A stretch of 63,532 nt of DNA, the filler included, from Hyphochytrium catenoides (lineage: Eukaryota; Protista; Hyphochytriomycota), in the NCBI GenBank assembly GCA_900088475.1. It is 10 parts of 10 records of this genome, joined end to end, with 100 filler letters (N's around TTAATTAATTAA, not from the genome) between each part and the next. Parts side by side here need not be neighbours in the genome. Positions count along the whole stretch, not along the records: positions 1 to 7,435 come from FLMG01004421.1; positions 7,536 to 12,206 come from FLMG01001335.1; positions 12,307 to 18,451 come from FLMG01004509.1; 7 more parts are not named here. One strand, 5' to 3'. The notes beneath the pieces are model-generated. The model was given only the letters and a program-made list of their open reading frames with translations. It was not told the DNA's origin and ran no database searches. The translations under genes were made by a program, and so were the position numbers. Positions 1 to 12,647 of the stretch are shown in pieces. The stretch's first letter is position 1; the number at the start of each line of letters is the position of its first letter.

Positions 1-1528
1 TTGTGGGAAGGCGATTTGGAAGGCGGAGAACGTTCCAAGGTGAGACACCACATGACTCCGCAATTGGAGCTTTCAGAATCGCCCTGTGTTCTCCCTAGCG
101 TTCCCCCCACACTGTTCCTAGAGCCTAAAGTTCCCGTCTAGTTCTTAGGGGAACTTCGCCTAGTAGTTTGTACCTGGTGCACTATTGTGCCAGTCTTCCT
201 TCTGGGCACATTTACCGACGGTGCGCCTGGCTTTCAAAGTACTATCACACGTAGGATAGTGGTTCCACTGGCCAAGAGGTGTGACCATAGTTGAGGTTTG
301 AATTTCAAGCTCTTAGCGGAGATGGCTAGTTGGCTGCTAGGGCTTCTTGCAAGGTGGTTCCCAGTGTTCCCAATAGTGAGCACCCATCCTGCTTGGTTCC
401 TACAAACTCATTGCTCTTTATGCTATGGTCAGCTATGAGGCGGTACAATAGTACTAGTTTGAATCCCACCTCGTGTTTGACTAAATAATGTATGGCAAAC
501 GCACATCGTCAGCACCGCCTAAGGTTTCTAAGGTTCGTGTGACAGCAAACCCACATAGAGTGCTGTGTTTGAGCAAAGTTCAGCCTGGCGTGGTGTAGAC
601 TCTATTCGCTGCACGCTTCGTACCAACTTGACACAGAAGGGAAAGCAATGCGTGTGAATGGGAAAAGAACCATGGGTCAGTAATGGCATGGTCTATATTA
701 GGCCTGAAGTTTTGATTCATCTGTGTCTGCTTCTCTGATCGAGTTTGTGTAAGGTTGCATCTGCCTTCCAAAGATCCCATAGTTCGAAACCCACATTCAT
801 TCATTGTTTCTCTTGGGCTCTATGTTTATGAGGAAGAACAGAGAGAATAACACGGCCCAATCTCGCCAAACTCATTTCCGTCCCGCCCAAACTCAAATGC
901 ACCTAAATTTTGAAATAAGCCTTACATTTGCCTCTCAACGTATATCAAACTCATACTGAATTCAAAATAGGTTTCAGCACACGCAACTCCTTCTCTAGTA
1001 TTACTACGCAGGGCAGCTTCACAAAGAGGTGTGTTTGAACCACCCTGTGGGTATGTTTCTATGGGCTCCCCACTCACCCACTCGCGCTGCCCCTCGCTTC
1101 CCACCCCTCTCTTTCTGTTCCCCAGTTGTCAAGCGCTTGGCTTGCTTACTTGCTTTTGCTTTTCCTCCTCGGTCCCCAGTTGGCTCATTCCCGCGATTCA
1201 GTCGCAAGTGCCATACATAGTTCAGCAAGCAAGCTTCGCCCTCGCCGCGCAGCATTTCAATTCAAAGTTCAGACGTCAACGCGCAGTAATACGCTCTACT
1301 ACACCAAGGTAATATACCGTACCAGGGTTTCTGGTAGAGGGTACTTTGTAGTCATTTTTTTCTATTGCGCTTTGCAGTGGTAGTCTCTCGCTTGACGAAT
1401 GTCAGCATGCTTTAAATCTACAAGCACCGATCGTTGAGCTCATCTGTTCGGCAGTGATCTCAGTATTGACTATTACGTTTTAAGTTTTGCAGTGCACTAA
1501 CAGCTATTTTTTGTTGTACTTCAGAATC

Positions 1529-2399
1529 ATGCCACGCAAGAAGGCCGAGAAGCCCGTCCTCAAGAAGGGCAAGAAGGGCGCTGTCAAGGTTGTAGAGAAG
1601 AGAAAGAGACGTAGAAAGGATCCCAACCGCCCAAAGCGTCCTCTGTCCACCTTTATGTTCTACAGCAATGAGATCCGTGAGCAAGTAAAGAGTGAGAGAC
1701 CTGGTGAGTTTCCCTCGTTGCTCTCGTTGTGCGTTCGTTCGAGGTTTGACTGATCTTGTACTCGCATTTAGACCTTGCATTCAAGGAGATTGCTGGCGAG
1801 ATTGGTGCCCGGTGGCGCCAGCTCACCGATGCACAAAAGAAGGTGAGACCGTACTGGTTTAGGCTGGGCCTCATTTTTGGGATTAAAACTCCTCTCCATA
1901 GCCTTACGAAGCCAAGGCCAATGAGGACAAGGCACGGTACGAACAGGCGAAGGCCGGTTACACCCCCGACCCTAAGTACGCCAAGAATAGCCGCAGAAAG
2001 AAGGACCCCAACGCACCTAAGAGAAACCTTTCTGCCTACTTCTTCTACTGGTATGGAGCTATCCTCGTATGGCGTCTGTTTCATCCAACACAAACTGACC
2101 CCTTGCTTCATTCAATTAGCAATGAGCGCAGACCTCACCTCCGTGCACAATATCCTACCAAGAAAATCACAGAATATGCCAAGATGCTGGCTGAGGAGTG
2201 GAAGAGCCTGACCCCTAGCAAGAAGACAAAGTATGAGAAGATGGCAGAAAAGGACAAGGAAAGATACGAGCAGGACAAGCAAAGATACGAGCAGGAGAAA
2301 GCTGGTGCTGCGGAGGAAGAAGAGGAAGAGGAGGAGGAAGAAGAGGAAGTCGAGGAGGAGGAAGAAGAAGAAGAGGAGGAAGGCGATGGCGACTACTAA
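1529..2399 (+). CDS. HMGB-like protein with two HMG boxes and an acidic C-terminal tail. Exons 1529-1703, 1772-1842, 1902-2050, 2120-2399; probable 5'UTR intron 1309-1524
   Basis: GT-AG splicing gives a continuous frame: [61 protein letters not shown], then [50 protein letters not shown], then poly-E and TAA. Confidence 0.95.
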
Positions 2400-3390
2400 G
2401 CGTCAGAGTCATGAGTTCTCCCTTTCTAACTGTTGGCGTCCTACCAGCATCGACTAGTGCTGACGATGTAGATATGCGCCTTTACACTATTGATGTTTGG
2501 ACCGACGCGTCGTGGCATCAACCTGTAACTTCATTACGAGGGGCCAGCGCTCCAACCCTTCCCATTCCTCTATTCTCCATTCGCGCTCTCTCTCCGTTCC
2601 ACACCGTCAGATGACTATATTTCATAATGCCCACATCTATAACGCTATCTAATGCTATTGACCCCCATACCTCAGCCCAATCCAAATCCTTTCCACACTT
2701 TTTCATTTTCAAACGCTAAGCCAGACTGGACCCCCGTGGTTGCCTGGTCGAGCATTCGATCTCTCATTGTCCACCCTCATCGTCGCTGTAAAGTTCACAT
2801 ATGTTTTCAATGTCCTGGCGATGCATCGATCGGGTTCTTTCTCCGCCGAACATCACCTACAGATTCAGGGAGACTGACTCACCTACCATACCTCAACAAA
2901 AAGAAGCGTGGACATGAGAAATAGGTGGAGAGGAAGATAATGATCACACCTTCCCACAGCTCTTCTATTCCTCGATGAAAGGATAACGGGTCCAAGAAGG
3001 GCGCGACGTCTGCCGCTCACTCGTGTTTTACCAAGGTGGGAAGTAAGGGCAGCTTGGGGGTAAGCAAGAGTCTTGGCGTCTGCGATGTCTCCATTCTCTT
3101 TCTCATAGCCAAAGCATCGTGAGAGTTGAGAGAGATACCAATTTCCGTCTTTCTAAGAGAGAGAAGACGAAGCCGGACCTGGCGTATCTTTGAGTCGACG
3201 GATCTCACCCAAGGTCATCACCAGCTCTAGCCTGCCTCAGAGTAGTTGAAAGGTATATAGATTTATCGTCTTTTAGTGCTACACTAGGGTACACGGCCGT
3301 CAAGAGATTTGTCATAAGTAAACGACCAATAAAGCAGGAGAAGGAGAGATAATTGTGACTCTAGGTCACCAGGGAGAACGTTCCAGCCAG

Positions 3391-4622
3391 TCAAAATGGC
3401 TGTATCCGGATCTCGTCTTCAAAGACGTTGAGCTGGAGGAAGTCTCTCACGAAGGGCCTCAGAGGTACGCCTGCAATGGACCTTGGTCTCAGTGGTGCCG
3501 GATCATATATTACAAGCAGATAACACAACGAAAACGGAAGCGCATGATGCACCCAATGTGACTAGGACCAGGCAGAACTCCCTTGAACCCTCATAGACAT
3601 TTTTCTCGTCAAGAGTTCAAGGAAGAGCCGCGGACTGACAGACAGGGGATGAATACCGAGTAAAAACAAAGGAGCTTGAAGAACAAAGGCAGAAGTCCGA
3701 TACCTGGTACGCGGAGAACAGCAACGAGACATTGCTCCAGGCTTTTCCGCCGCTCTTCAAGGAAACCCTCTTCTGACCAACGGAACCATGTCTTTGGCGG
3801 TACATTCCACTCCTTGAGAACGCCGTCCTTATAAAGCTCTTCCCAGAAGGTGTAGAACTCCGAAAAACTAACCGCGAAAGAAAGACAAAGATTGTTCAGT
3901 GTGCGTACCATCCTATTGATAGCAAGGAAAGTGTGTCCTTTCGACCGCGGGTGAGCTACCAAGGACTCCAAGGGCCTGTCTGTAGCTCCTTCCTCAATCC
4001 GCCCATCTCCACTGCATCTAGCAGAGCATTGGCCTTACCGCTTCTCCAGTTCATGGCTCATCGTTCCGCAGCGGACCTCGACCACGTAAACCTGATTACC
4101 GTCCGCACTCTTTCTGAAGGTCGACAGGCGAACCGTGAAGACCCAGGGAAATTTGGCCCACGAAAACTTAGGCTAGAGGCGACACAATGAGTCGTCAATT
4201 TGTAGGCCCTTACTCTGCCGTAGCGGTGATGTGAACGTACCGTAGCCGCGGCAACTTCCCACTTGTCAAACTCGCAGAACTCTGAAGAGACTCGCTGGTA
4301 CTGATAAGCCCTTGACGCCGGGTCAAAGTCTTCCGCAGTGGTGCTGGCTGGATGCTGAATATCAACCTTGCCCAGTGCTTGACGGTACACGTACTCGATC
4401 TCCAGCTCCGTCAAATGCCGGTTCTGATAGGCTTCACTTGAGTCGTTGGCCAGCGCGTTGCCAACGCTTATGATGGAGTTCACTACAGAGCTCCAGAGAC
4501 TGACAGAAACCGACGATCGGCATTAATAAACATCCGTAGCAAGAGGCAAGGGGTCATATCAGAAGCCTTCGTACAGGAGCCACAGTTCAGCGAAGACTCT
4601 ACCTCTCTGAGTCCTGCGCCAT
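3391..4622 (-). CDS. PX (Phox homology) domain protein, about 5 exons
   Basis: Spliced product reads ..HHRYGR|VYVVEVRCGTMSHELEKR|FSEFYTFWEEL..VPPKTWFRWSEEGFLEERRKSLEQCL..VP|GVPLRPFVRDFL... This contains the PX hallmarks R(F/Y)SEF, PPK, F.EERR..LE and V.DFL. GT-AG junctions keep the frame; TGA at 3391-3393. Confidence 0.85.
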
Positions 4623-4989
4623 GGTTCTCTGTTGTGGAAAATCTCTAAAGTTGGCTTTGCTCTGACGACAGTAGTCTTAAAGCTGAGCGCTATCAAAAGC
4701 AGGGTCCGCTGGTCTCCGGACTCGGTCACACATCCTCAATACTGCCGACGGCGGGAAGAATCCCGAGGCTGAACTTTCTGTTGGGGTACCACGCACTCCC
4801 TGGCGCACAAGCCCCGCGACGATGGTAGACGAGTCCACTGAAGTCTCAGGAAACAAGTGGAGCACGAGTTTCCTCTTGTCTAATCATAACGTGATGAAGA
4901 GATTGCTGGCGCTCTGGAGACAGAGGAGAGGACGAGGGAGAAAGAAGGGGTGGGGAATGGGGAAAGTGTTTAAAGGACGAAAGCGAGAC

Positions 4990-5203
4990 AGAGAGAAATA
5001 GAGCGAGAGAGCAAGAAAGCGAGAGAGCGAGAAAGCGAGAGAGCAGGAGCGAGCGAGAGAGAGAGAGACAGAGCACAAGAGAGAGAGCGAGAGAGCAGGA
5101 GCGAGCGAGCGAGAGAGAGACAGAGCACAAGAGAGAGAGCGAGAGAGCGGGAGGGAGAGAGAGAGAGACAGACAGAGCACAAGAGAGAGAGAGAGAGAGA
5201 GAC
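4990..5203. repeat. Compound GA microsatellite organised as about 3 copies of a ~50-bp unit containing GACAGAGCACAAGAGAG
   Basis: The motif gacagagcacaagagagaga occurs three times and gagagcaggagcgagcgag occurs twice within the GA tract. Confidence 0.8.
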
Positions 5204-5258
5204 GGACGAGTGGTGGAAGGTGGAGAAGTATTGGGCGTTTCTTGCCATTATCCTAGTG

Positions 5259-7225
5259 TTACTTGTACAGCTCATAACCTTCGTCGTCCAGCATAAAGAA
5301 GGGATCAAGAAAGCGATAGGAACATGAGGATTTGTAACATTGAACTGTCAATCTGGTATATTGGAAGGTTAAAGGAGGCCTATCAGGAATGTTCAAATAA
5401 TGCATAATGCATGCTTTGTTTGGGCCCTTGAAGAGTTTGACAAAGCTCTTGCTTTGCCTCTGTGTGAACACCGGGCGATGCTTTCTTGAGAGATTAGTTC
5501 CGAGCCAGCTGAGAGACGCGAGTCGTTGGTCATTAGTCCTTCTTGGTACGCAGTGGGTTCAGGGTCAACAGAGGGAGGAGGCTAATGCAATGCGTCCTGA
5601 ACGTTCTATTAGCTACGTCTGGAAGTGGGAGACCACGTACAGCGGGGTCAATTCCATGGCGTGTGGTGAGCTTACGGACTCCACATACACTGCTCTCTTG
5701 AGCGGTGATTGCTTCGGAATGCCGGCTTCTGGAGTGAAGTCTGTTTATTGAGCTTTCTGGGAAGTAAGAAAGAGTGTATTATTAGAGGAGTGAAAGGATG
5801 TAGATGTTATAAAGTGTGCTCCCCATCCACGCCTGAGAGATTGTCCTTCATATGGATATGGTGATCGTTAAGTTCAACAACAGCCTTGTTCCAGACACGG
5901 GCTTTGTTTGGCTCAGGCCAGTCATTTGCTGGAGAGTTCTTCAAAAGCCAGAACGTTGCGCTCGATGAAGGCCTCGCAAGGATCGTGACGGACTCTATCT
6001 CTGGGTAGCGAGATAGGCACTGCGGCTCGTTGTAGCAACCCGGGGATCTTAACTCTACTGACTTTTTCTCGTTGCAGCAAAGTGGACTGAGTGCCGTCTA
6101 CTGGTTGTGTGCAGAGGGAGGTACGCCCGAGAACGGACTTCCCACTGCTTGATGAGCTGTGGAGAAGGATCTATGCTCTTTGCAAGGCTGCACGATCTAT
6201 TGCATTCGCCCACAACCTGTCCAGTACCACAGCCTATCTGCAAAGCCTTACTGAGGCCGATCCCACAATAGACACACCTTCTCTCTCTTTGTCCCTGACG
6301 TTCAGTTCGTCACTCAGAAAATTTTTTAGTCGCTAGTGGAATAGCCATAAGATGCATAATTCATACATGAGCCAATGGCAACCAACAGAAAATCCGACTC
6401 TTGTCACTTCATCATTATTTTTCATAGAGTACATTGTTTGATAAAAGGAATGGAAAGATCCCCCCGCCTCCCAAGCGTAGAAGATGCGAAAGAGTCAGGG
6501 GAAAGAGAGAGAGCGCACGTGTGTGACACAATTGTTCTAATGTACCTACCGCTATAGCTAATGGATCAGCCTCGGCACTTTCAACTTCGCAACCAGAGGA
6601 CCGTACAGACAACAGTCAGAGCTATAGGTTCTCCCCTCCAAAGTCTTACGATCCCGCCGTCTCCGTCGGCATCTACACTTTCGTTGGGAGCCCCTTAGCC
6701 ATTGTAAATAGATAAACTTAAAGAGCTGATCGGCATCTATACGGCGATGGCTCTGTTCGTTGTAGAATGCTGCTTCTGCTGGCACCAGTAGCACAGGGTG
6801 GAATCCTCCAATGTGGGCCATAAGCAACAGCTTTTGCATGAGTTGGTCAGAGTCTCCTCAAAAGCGATGCCGCCAATAACCTTCTTGCCTTCCACCTTAT
6901 CGCTTTTATAGTCGTAGAAAGACGATGAGCTTACGGCCTGTGGAAAGGCTGACTGCTTGACACTAAAGGTGGGCGTGGAATGGCCCAGGTACTCAATGCC
7001 TCTTGGCGTCTGTCCTTCTTGGTCATCATAACTCTCATCAAGCTGGATAGAGTACTCCTTTGCCGCAACAGGTGTCTGTGTCTCAATGTAAGTGTCGATC
7101 GATCTCACAGAAGAACGGTCTCCAAGTTCAGTGTTTTGCGTCTGCGCGGGCCAGTAGATATAGAGACCGACAGCAGTGCCCAAGACGACTGCAGAGGCCA
7201 CAACAGCAATGATCACTGGCAACAT
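5259..7225 (-). CDS. Hypothetical multi-exon protein with an N-terminal signal/anchor; downstream exon structure and 3' end uncertain
   Basis: ATG at 7225 starts MLPVIIAVVASAVVLGTAVGLYIYWP (one hydrophobic segment) followed by a long open frame. Downstream segments have plausible splice sites but no recognised domain. Confidence 0.45.
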
Positions 7226-7435
7226 TTTTCTCACAAAGATGCTTAGGTCTATAGCCCCCAGGCGCCGCAGAGCTAGCAGGTCGTAGGTTGAATAGCGCGG
7301 GTTGCGGCGCTTCAGGCAGGACTGAGCACGTCAGAAGCGGCGGTCCAAATCGTGAGTGAGGATAGGAAAGAGCCGAGTAAGCGATAGAGTGTGAAAGAGT
7401 TGGGGAAGAAGGACGAAGGAGCGGCGGGGCCTAGA

Positions 7436-7535
7436 NNNNNNNNNNNNNNNNNNNNNNNNNNNNNNNNNNNNNNNNNNNNTTAATTAATTAANNNNNNNNN
7501 NNNNNNNNNNNNNNNNNNNNNNNNNNNNNNNNNNN
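7436..7535. other. Artificial contig linker N44-TTAATTAATTAA-N44. The same linker occurs at 12207-12306, 18452-18551, 20578-20677, 30213-30312, 36512-36611, 55404-55503, 57629-57728 and 62289-62388
   Basis: The identical 100-bp construct, with stops in all six frames, recurs nine times. Confidence 0.97.
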
Positions 7536-7786
7536 TTTGACGTCTTGGCTCCGACACTACCTGCGACTCCTGCGAAGTGCCGCCTAGACAGAGAGCCCAG
7601 CGGAGGGACCAACGCAGCTGTGGAGAGAGAAGAGAGAGGAAAAAAGAGAGAGCTGCCTGGACGACAAGAATAGAGAACAGAGTGCTCGGTTCCCATCAAG
7701 GGATTGCCGCAGGTCCGCCATAGAGCTCTACTCTGTCCACGGAGGAGAAGACGAGCATAAGGTGGCCAGGTCTTGACCGCTATCAT
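7536..7786 (-). CDS. Possible first exon of a gene truncated by the contig end; resembles a mitochondrial presequence
   Basis: ATG at 7786 starts MIAVKTWPPYARLLLRGQSRALWR...LSRRHFAG, which is Arg/Ser/Leu-rich and nearly free of acidic residues. The frame is open up to the linker. Confidence 0.3.
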
Positions 7787-8086
7787 GGACTCTTCTCTTC
7801 TCTCTCCCCTTTTCGCTCTCTCTTCAACTGCTTTTCTCCATCAATCCTCTTCTCCCGTCTGTGCTCCGCCGCCTCTGCCCTTCACCCTTGCTTGGATCAA
7901 GTCGGAAGATTGAGAGTGATGACAGCTACTCCGTACAATCGACACGAGACGCGAGTGAGGAGAGAGGACGTGGAGAGAAAAAGAGATGTGTGAGAGAGAG
8001 AGAGAGAGAGAGAACAGAGAGAGAGAGAAACGAAAGAGAGAGAGAGAGAGAAAGAAAGAGAGAGAGAGAGAAAGAAAGAGAGAAAA

Positions 8087-8117
<31 letters not shown>

Positions 8118-8137
8118 AATAGAGAGAGAGAGAGAAG

Positions 8138-8174
<37 letters not shown>

Positions 8175-8751
8175 GCTGACAGCAGGAGAGAGGAAGAGAG
8201 CTCTAGTAAGAGGCGGAGGATTGAGTAATATGCGACGCCAATAGATTGTATCTTGACTTCTTTTGGAATAGCTTTAGGTGTCAGCATGCCCTAGGTAACT
8301 GAACACTAGTTATCAACGGATTCTGAAAGGTCATCAGTCATCAGAACAGCCTCTCTCTTCCACTGTCTCTCTCTCTCTCCTCTCCTAGAACTATCTCTCC
8401 TCTCTCTCCTTTTCCCTTTTCTGCTCTCTCTCTCTCCTCCTCTTTCTCTCATCACCCTCCTCTTCCCACTCTCAGCTCCGAAGGTCTTCTAAAGACTTAC
8501 CCCATGCCTGGGATTCTCTGTGTGTCTTCCTCATCCGATGGGATGGTCTCATGCCATTGCTGATAACAAGGCACAACCTGGTCGGCTTCATTTCCCGTTC
8601 TCTCTTTTCTTCTCACTCTTCACCTCTCTTTTAGAGTCTCTCTCGCGCGCGCTCTCTCTTTCTCTCTTCTCTCTCTCTCTCTCTGTCTGCTCAGTGGCTT
8701 ACTGTCATCCTTTATGCCCCTTTTCCTTGCCTGCTGGAGAGAGAAGCTGCG

Positions 8752-8992
8752 ATGGCGTCATCAGGGCTGCGGGACTGCAAAGATGGGAATCAATTGTATC
8801 GCATCCTACGAGAGAGGCTCCGAGTAGAAATGCAGGGGTTAGAGCTGCATAAGGCAGATAAGGTTCAACTCTTCTTGTCTCTTTCTTCCTCTCTGTCTCT
8901 CTCTCTACTCTGTTTATATTTGTATATAGATTGCTCATGCTCGCTCTCTTCCCCCAACTCTCGTATCCCTCTCGCACCCCCACCCATCTCTC

Positions 8993-9088
<96 letters not shown>

Positions 9089-9992
9089 CGCTCGCTCGCT
9101 CGCTCCTCGCCGTCTCTCACTTGGTCTCTCTTTCTCTCTTTTCTGTCTTTCTCTCTCTCTCTCTCTGACTCTCTTTTCTCTCCTTCAATCTCCCCATCCG
9201 AATCACTGCCATCGCCACTTCTCAGACGAAAGCTCCTGGGCAGGAATCAGCAGAAACAGACGCGCGCTCCGTCACGAGCGAAGTGCGCTCTGTGTCTCTC
9301 TCTGTCCGGCCGCCCTCTAGCCCATCTTCTTCTCCCTCGACGGTACCTCGCACTCGTCCGAAGCGTACACTTCGTGCGCACCAATTAGGAGACTTTCACT
9401 GTTTTTGCAGTGATTGTCTGTCCTTCAGAGGCGAGAGCTGGCGCCTGGGAGGAGAGAATGCAAGGGTCTCGGGACCGAGGAATGAGCCGCTTCTCTTCGC
9501 GATGGGCAGAGGAGAGCTGGGGAGCATGGCGCTGGGACCCAGTCGAGGGCACAGTGAGAGCTTGAGGTAGCGAGACATGGAGTATAGAACAGCAGGAAAG
9601 GGGGAGAGACACACAGAGAGAGAGAGACACACACACAGAGAGAGAGACTAAGAGAGACACACAGAGAGATAGAAAAAGAGAGAGAGAAGCACACAGAAAC
9701 CCATGGAAAAGCACGAAGAGAGGAGTGAGAGGAGGGAAACACTGGATTCAAACAAACCTCTATGACCTTAACAAGTAGAAGTGAGGTGAAGTAGCGACTA
9801 ACAGGAGAGAGAAAAAGCAACGAAGTCCTGACAGATTCTTTCCACAAAGGTTTCCGTCTCCTGTTCCCAGTTTCTATGACTTCTCACCCGGCAGTCCGAA
9901 GCGCAAGGAAATAGTTAGGATAGAGCAGGTCCGACGGCACATAGAGGCAACATAACTGTCAATTTCCCTTTCCTGGGCATCTTCTCTCTCTC

Positions 9993-10023
<31 letters not shown>

Positions 10024-10319
10024 TTCCTCCTTTACTGCCGCTGCTCTTCTTCCTACATCTCTATAAAGTTAAGTCTTTGCCTCTTGCCCAGGTTGCTTGC
10101 GGCCGCTATCACACTTTACTGCTATCAGGTACATAAGATGTTCATTTCTCTCTTACCCTCTCTCCCTACCGAGCCTTTCGCCCCTCAATCCCCTCGAGGT
10201 CGATGTCCCCTCTTGCACTCTCTCACTCCTCCTCTCAAAGCGTCGGGCCTTTCTCTCCTTCTTCTCGCTGTCAGCTCCCCTTCTCTCTCCCTCCTTTCCC
10301 CTTCCCCTTCCACTGTCTT

Positions 10320-10363
<44 letters not shown>

Positions 10364-12093
10364 TCGATACTTGTTAATATGCTCTTCTATGTTGGGCTTG
10401 ACCCACAGAGACAGGTCTTCTCTACGGAAGTGGAGCTCTGGATACCCTTGGTCTCTCTTCTGAGAGCCTCTCAAAGGCTGTGAAAAAAAGAGAGAAAGAG
10501 ACAGACTATGTTCCGTCTCCCTCTCCTCTTCTTCTCCCCGTCAAGCCCAATGAGCGGGTCATCCAGATGGTAGCTGGAGCTGCGACCTCCTATGTGCTTC
10601 TAGGTAAGCTGTAGGAAAGAAGGAACAAAGGAATAATTTTGAAGAGACAGAGACCGAGAGAGAAAATGTGAGTGCTCGCATAGGAAAGAACACCATAGGA
10701 AGCCAAGAGAAGAAAGAGTGAGACCGAGAATGTTGATTGCGTGCGTGAGAGAGGGAAACAGAGAGAGCACCGAAGCGAAGGAAGTGACGGCAGCAGTGAG
10801 AGAGAGAGAGAGAGAGAGAGATTGACCCAGGCTGCAAAAAAGAATTATGTATGGCGGAAGTGGGAGTGGCATCTCATCCGGAGAACCAGTCTGACACCCA
10901 GAGAAAACGATATAGCTCAGAAGGAGAGAGAGCAAGGGTGAGGAGACTTAGAGAGAAGTGCTTGGGCTCAGCCCAGAGACAGAGAGAGAGAGAGGACAAT
11001 GTTCGCAGTTCTAATACTCGTGGGACGAAGCAGACGATGCACAAGTAATAGAGAAAGGAGACGACGCGATCGCGGAAGCCTTCAGAAAGGTTTACTATGC
11101 TACAGCTCTACATTTGTCTCTTTCCCTCCTTCTCTTTTTCTCTTCTTCTCCCTCCTTGACTCCTCGCTCTGTCGTCTTTCTCCCTTTGCATCTCTCTTCC
11201 TTCTGCCTGTTATCCCTCTTCCCATCTTATCCCTCTTTTCTTAATCCCTCCGCCCCCGTGTTCAGTCCCATGATATTCCTGTCCACACGTCGTTCCCTCC
11301 CATTAACTTGTGTCCTTTTTTCTTCTACTTCTGTCTCTTCTTTTCCTCTCTCTCTTACTCTTTCCTTACTCTCTCTCTCTCTCTCTTTGTCTCTCTCTTC
11401 CTTTCTGTCTTTGGCTCTCTCTTCCTTTCTCTCTTTGTCTCTCTCTTCCTATCTCTTACCTGTTTTCTTCTGTAGCTCCAAAATGCTCGAGAGGACTTGA
11501 AAGTAGCTTCCGAGGAAAAGGAAGGAAGTCGGCAGGAGGCTCACGCTCGAACAGCCCTTCAACAGGCGGAGGAGAGAGTCAGCAGAGTCAGGAGGAAAGT
11601 GGCTGAAGACAGACTGAAGACTAACCAATGTACACTTCCTATGCCTTCCTCTCTCTTTTTCTCTGTCTTCTGTGTGGCCTCTTTGTCAGCTTCTCTCTCT
11701 CTGTCTCGCTCCCTTCTCCCTAGTGAATAGTAGGCAAGCATGTTCCTCAGCTTCCTTGGCTGTCAGCTGACTATCTGCAGTTTTCTCTATCTTTCAGTGT
11801 CCCGGTTGTTTCTCTTGCTTCTCTTTCTCTCCCTCTGCTCGCCGGACTGATACTAGGGTCTCCCCTCTCGGCCAACACTGCCTCTCTCTTCTCTCCTGCA
11901 GTGTACATTTGGGGGAAAGGCAGGTCCGGGGCTCTGGGGACGGGAGATTGCAGGGATGTTCTGGTCCCAACCCTTTTCTCTCTTCATCTGGCGGTCTGCC
12001 AAGTGGCAGCGGGAGAGGATCATGCGCTCTTTCTCACGGTGGCGAATGGGCTGTATAGCTGCGGAAAGGGAGAGTACGGGCGGTTAGGATTAG
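8752..12093 (+). CDS. RCC1-repeat protein with an internal coiled coil; multi-exon, 3' truncated by contig end
   Basis: Exon 11902-12093 reads [46 protein letters not shown], a classic RCC1 repeat. Upstream exons [15 protein letters not shown] (~9490) and [14 protein letters not shown] (~10558) are RCC1-like. A coiled-coil exon lies at ~11476-11630. The start codon is tentative. Confidence 0.8.
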
Positions 12094-12451
12094 GTACCTT
12101 CTCCTAACCTCTCTACACCTCTCTCTCTCTCTCTCTTTTCTCTCACTCTCAAAATTTTCTTTAGTCTCTCTCTCTCTTCTCGCTCTCGCTCTCTCTCTCT
12201 CTCTCTNNNNNNNNNNNNNNNNNNNNNNNNNNNNNNNNNNNNNNNNNNNNTTAATTAATTAANNNNNNNNNNNNNNNNNNNNNNNNNNNNNNNNNNNNNN
12301 NNNNNNGAGAGAGAGAGAGAACGAGGGAGGGAGACCCGGAGAATGTGGGCGAGAAAGACAGGGAAATCCATGGGAGAGGGGAGAAGAGACAGAGCCGGGC
12401 GAGAGAAAGGAAACAGAACAAAAAAGAAGAGAGAGACGAAGAGAGAGAGGG

Positions 12452-12482
<31 letters not shown>

Positions 12483-12559
12483 CGACGAAAGGAGAGAGAG
12501 AGAGCATTAGTATAGTGCCGGATCAGCAAGGAGTCTGATAAGAGGAGAGGGACCAAGGG

Positions 12560-12602
12560 AGTGGGGACCAAGAAGTGAAGCGGACAGCGCGCCGCCCGAG
12601 AG

Positions 12603-12647
<45 letters not shown>

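Noticed and set aside
6055-6250. LQIGCGTG as a SAM-methyltransferase motif I
   Set aside because: It probably lies within a ~95-nt GTAAG...CCACAG intron on the minus strand, and no other methyltransferase motifs were seen.
7480-7491. Recurring TTAATTAATTAA palindrome as a biological repeat or CRISPR-like array
   Set aside because: It is always centred in 44+44 Ns, so it is an artificial all-frame-stop contig linker. Neighbourhoods across linkers were not used as evidence.
7841-8287. Numerous long Ser/Leu or Arg/Glu ORFs here and throughout the window
   Set aside because: They are translations of stop-free (CT)n/(GA)n tracts, not genes.
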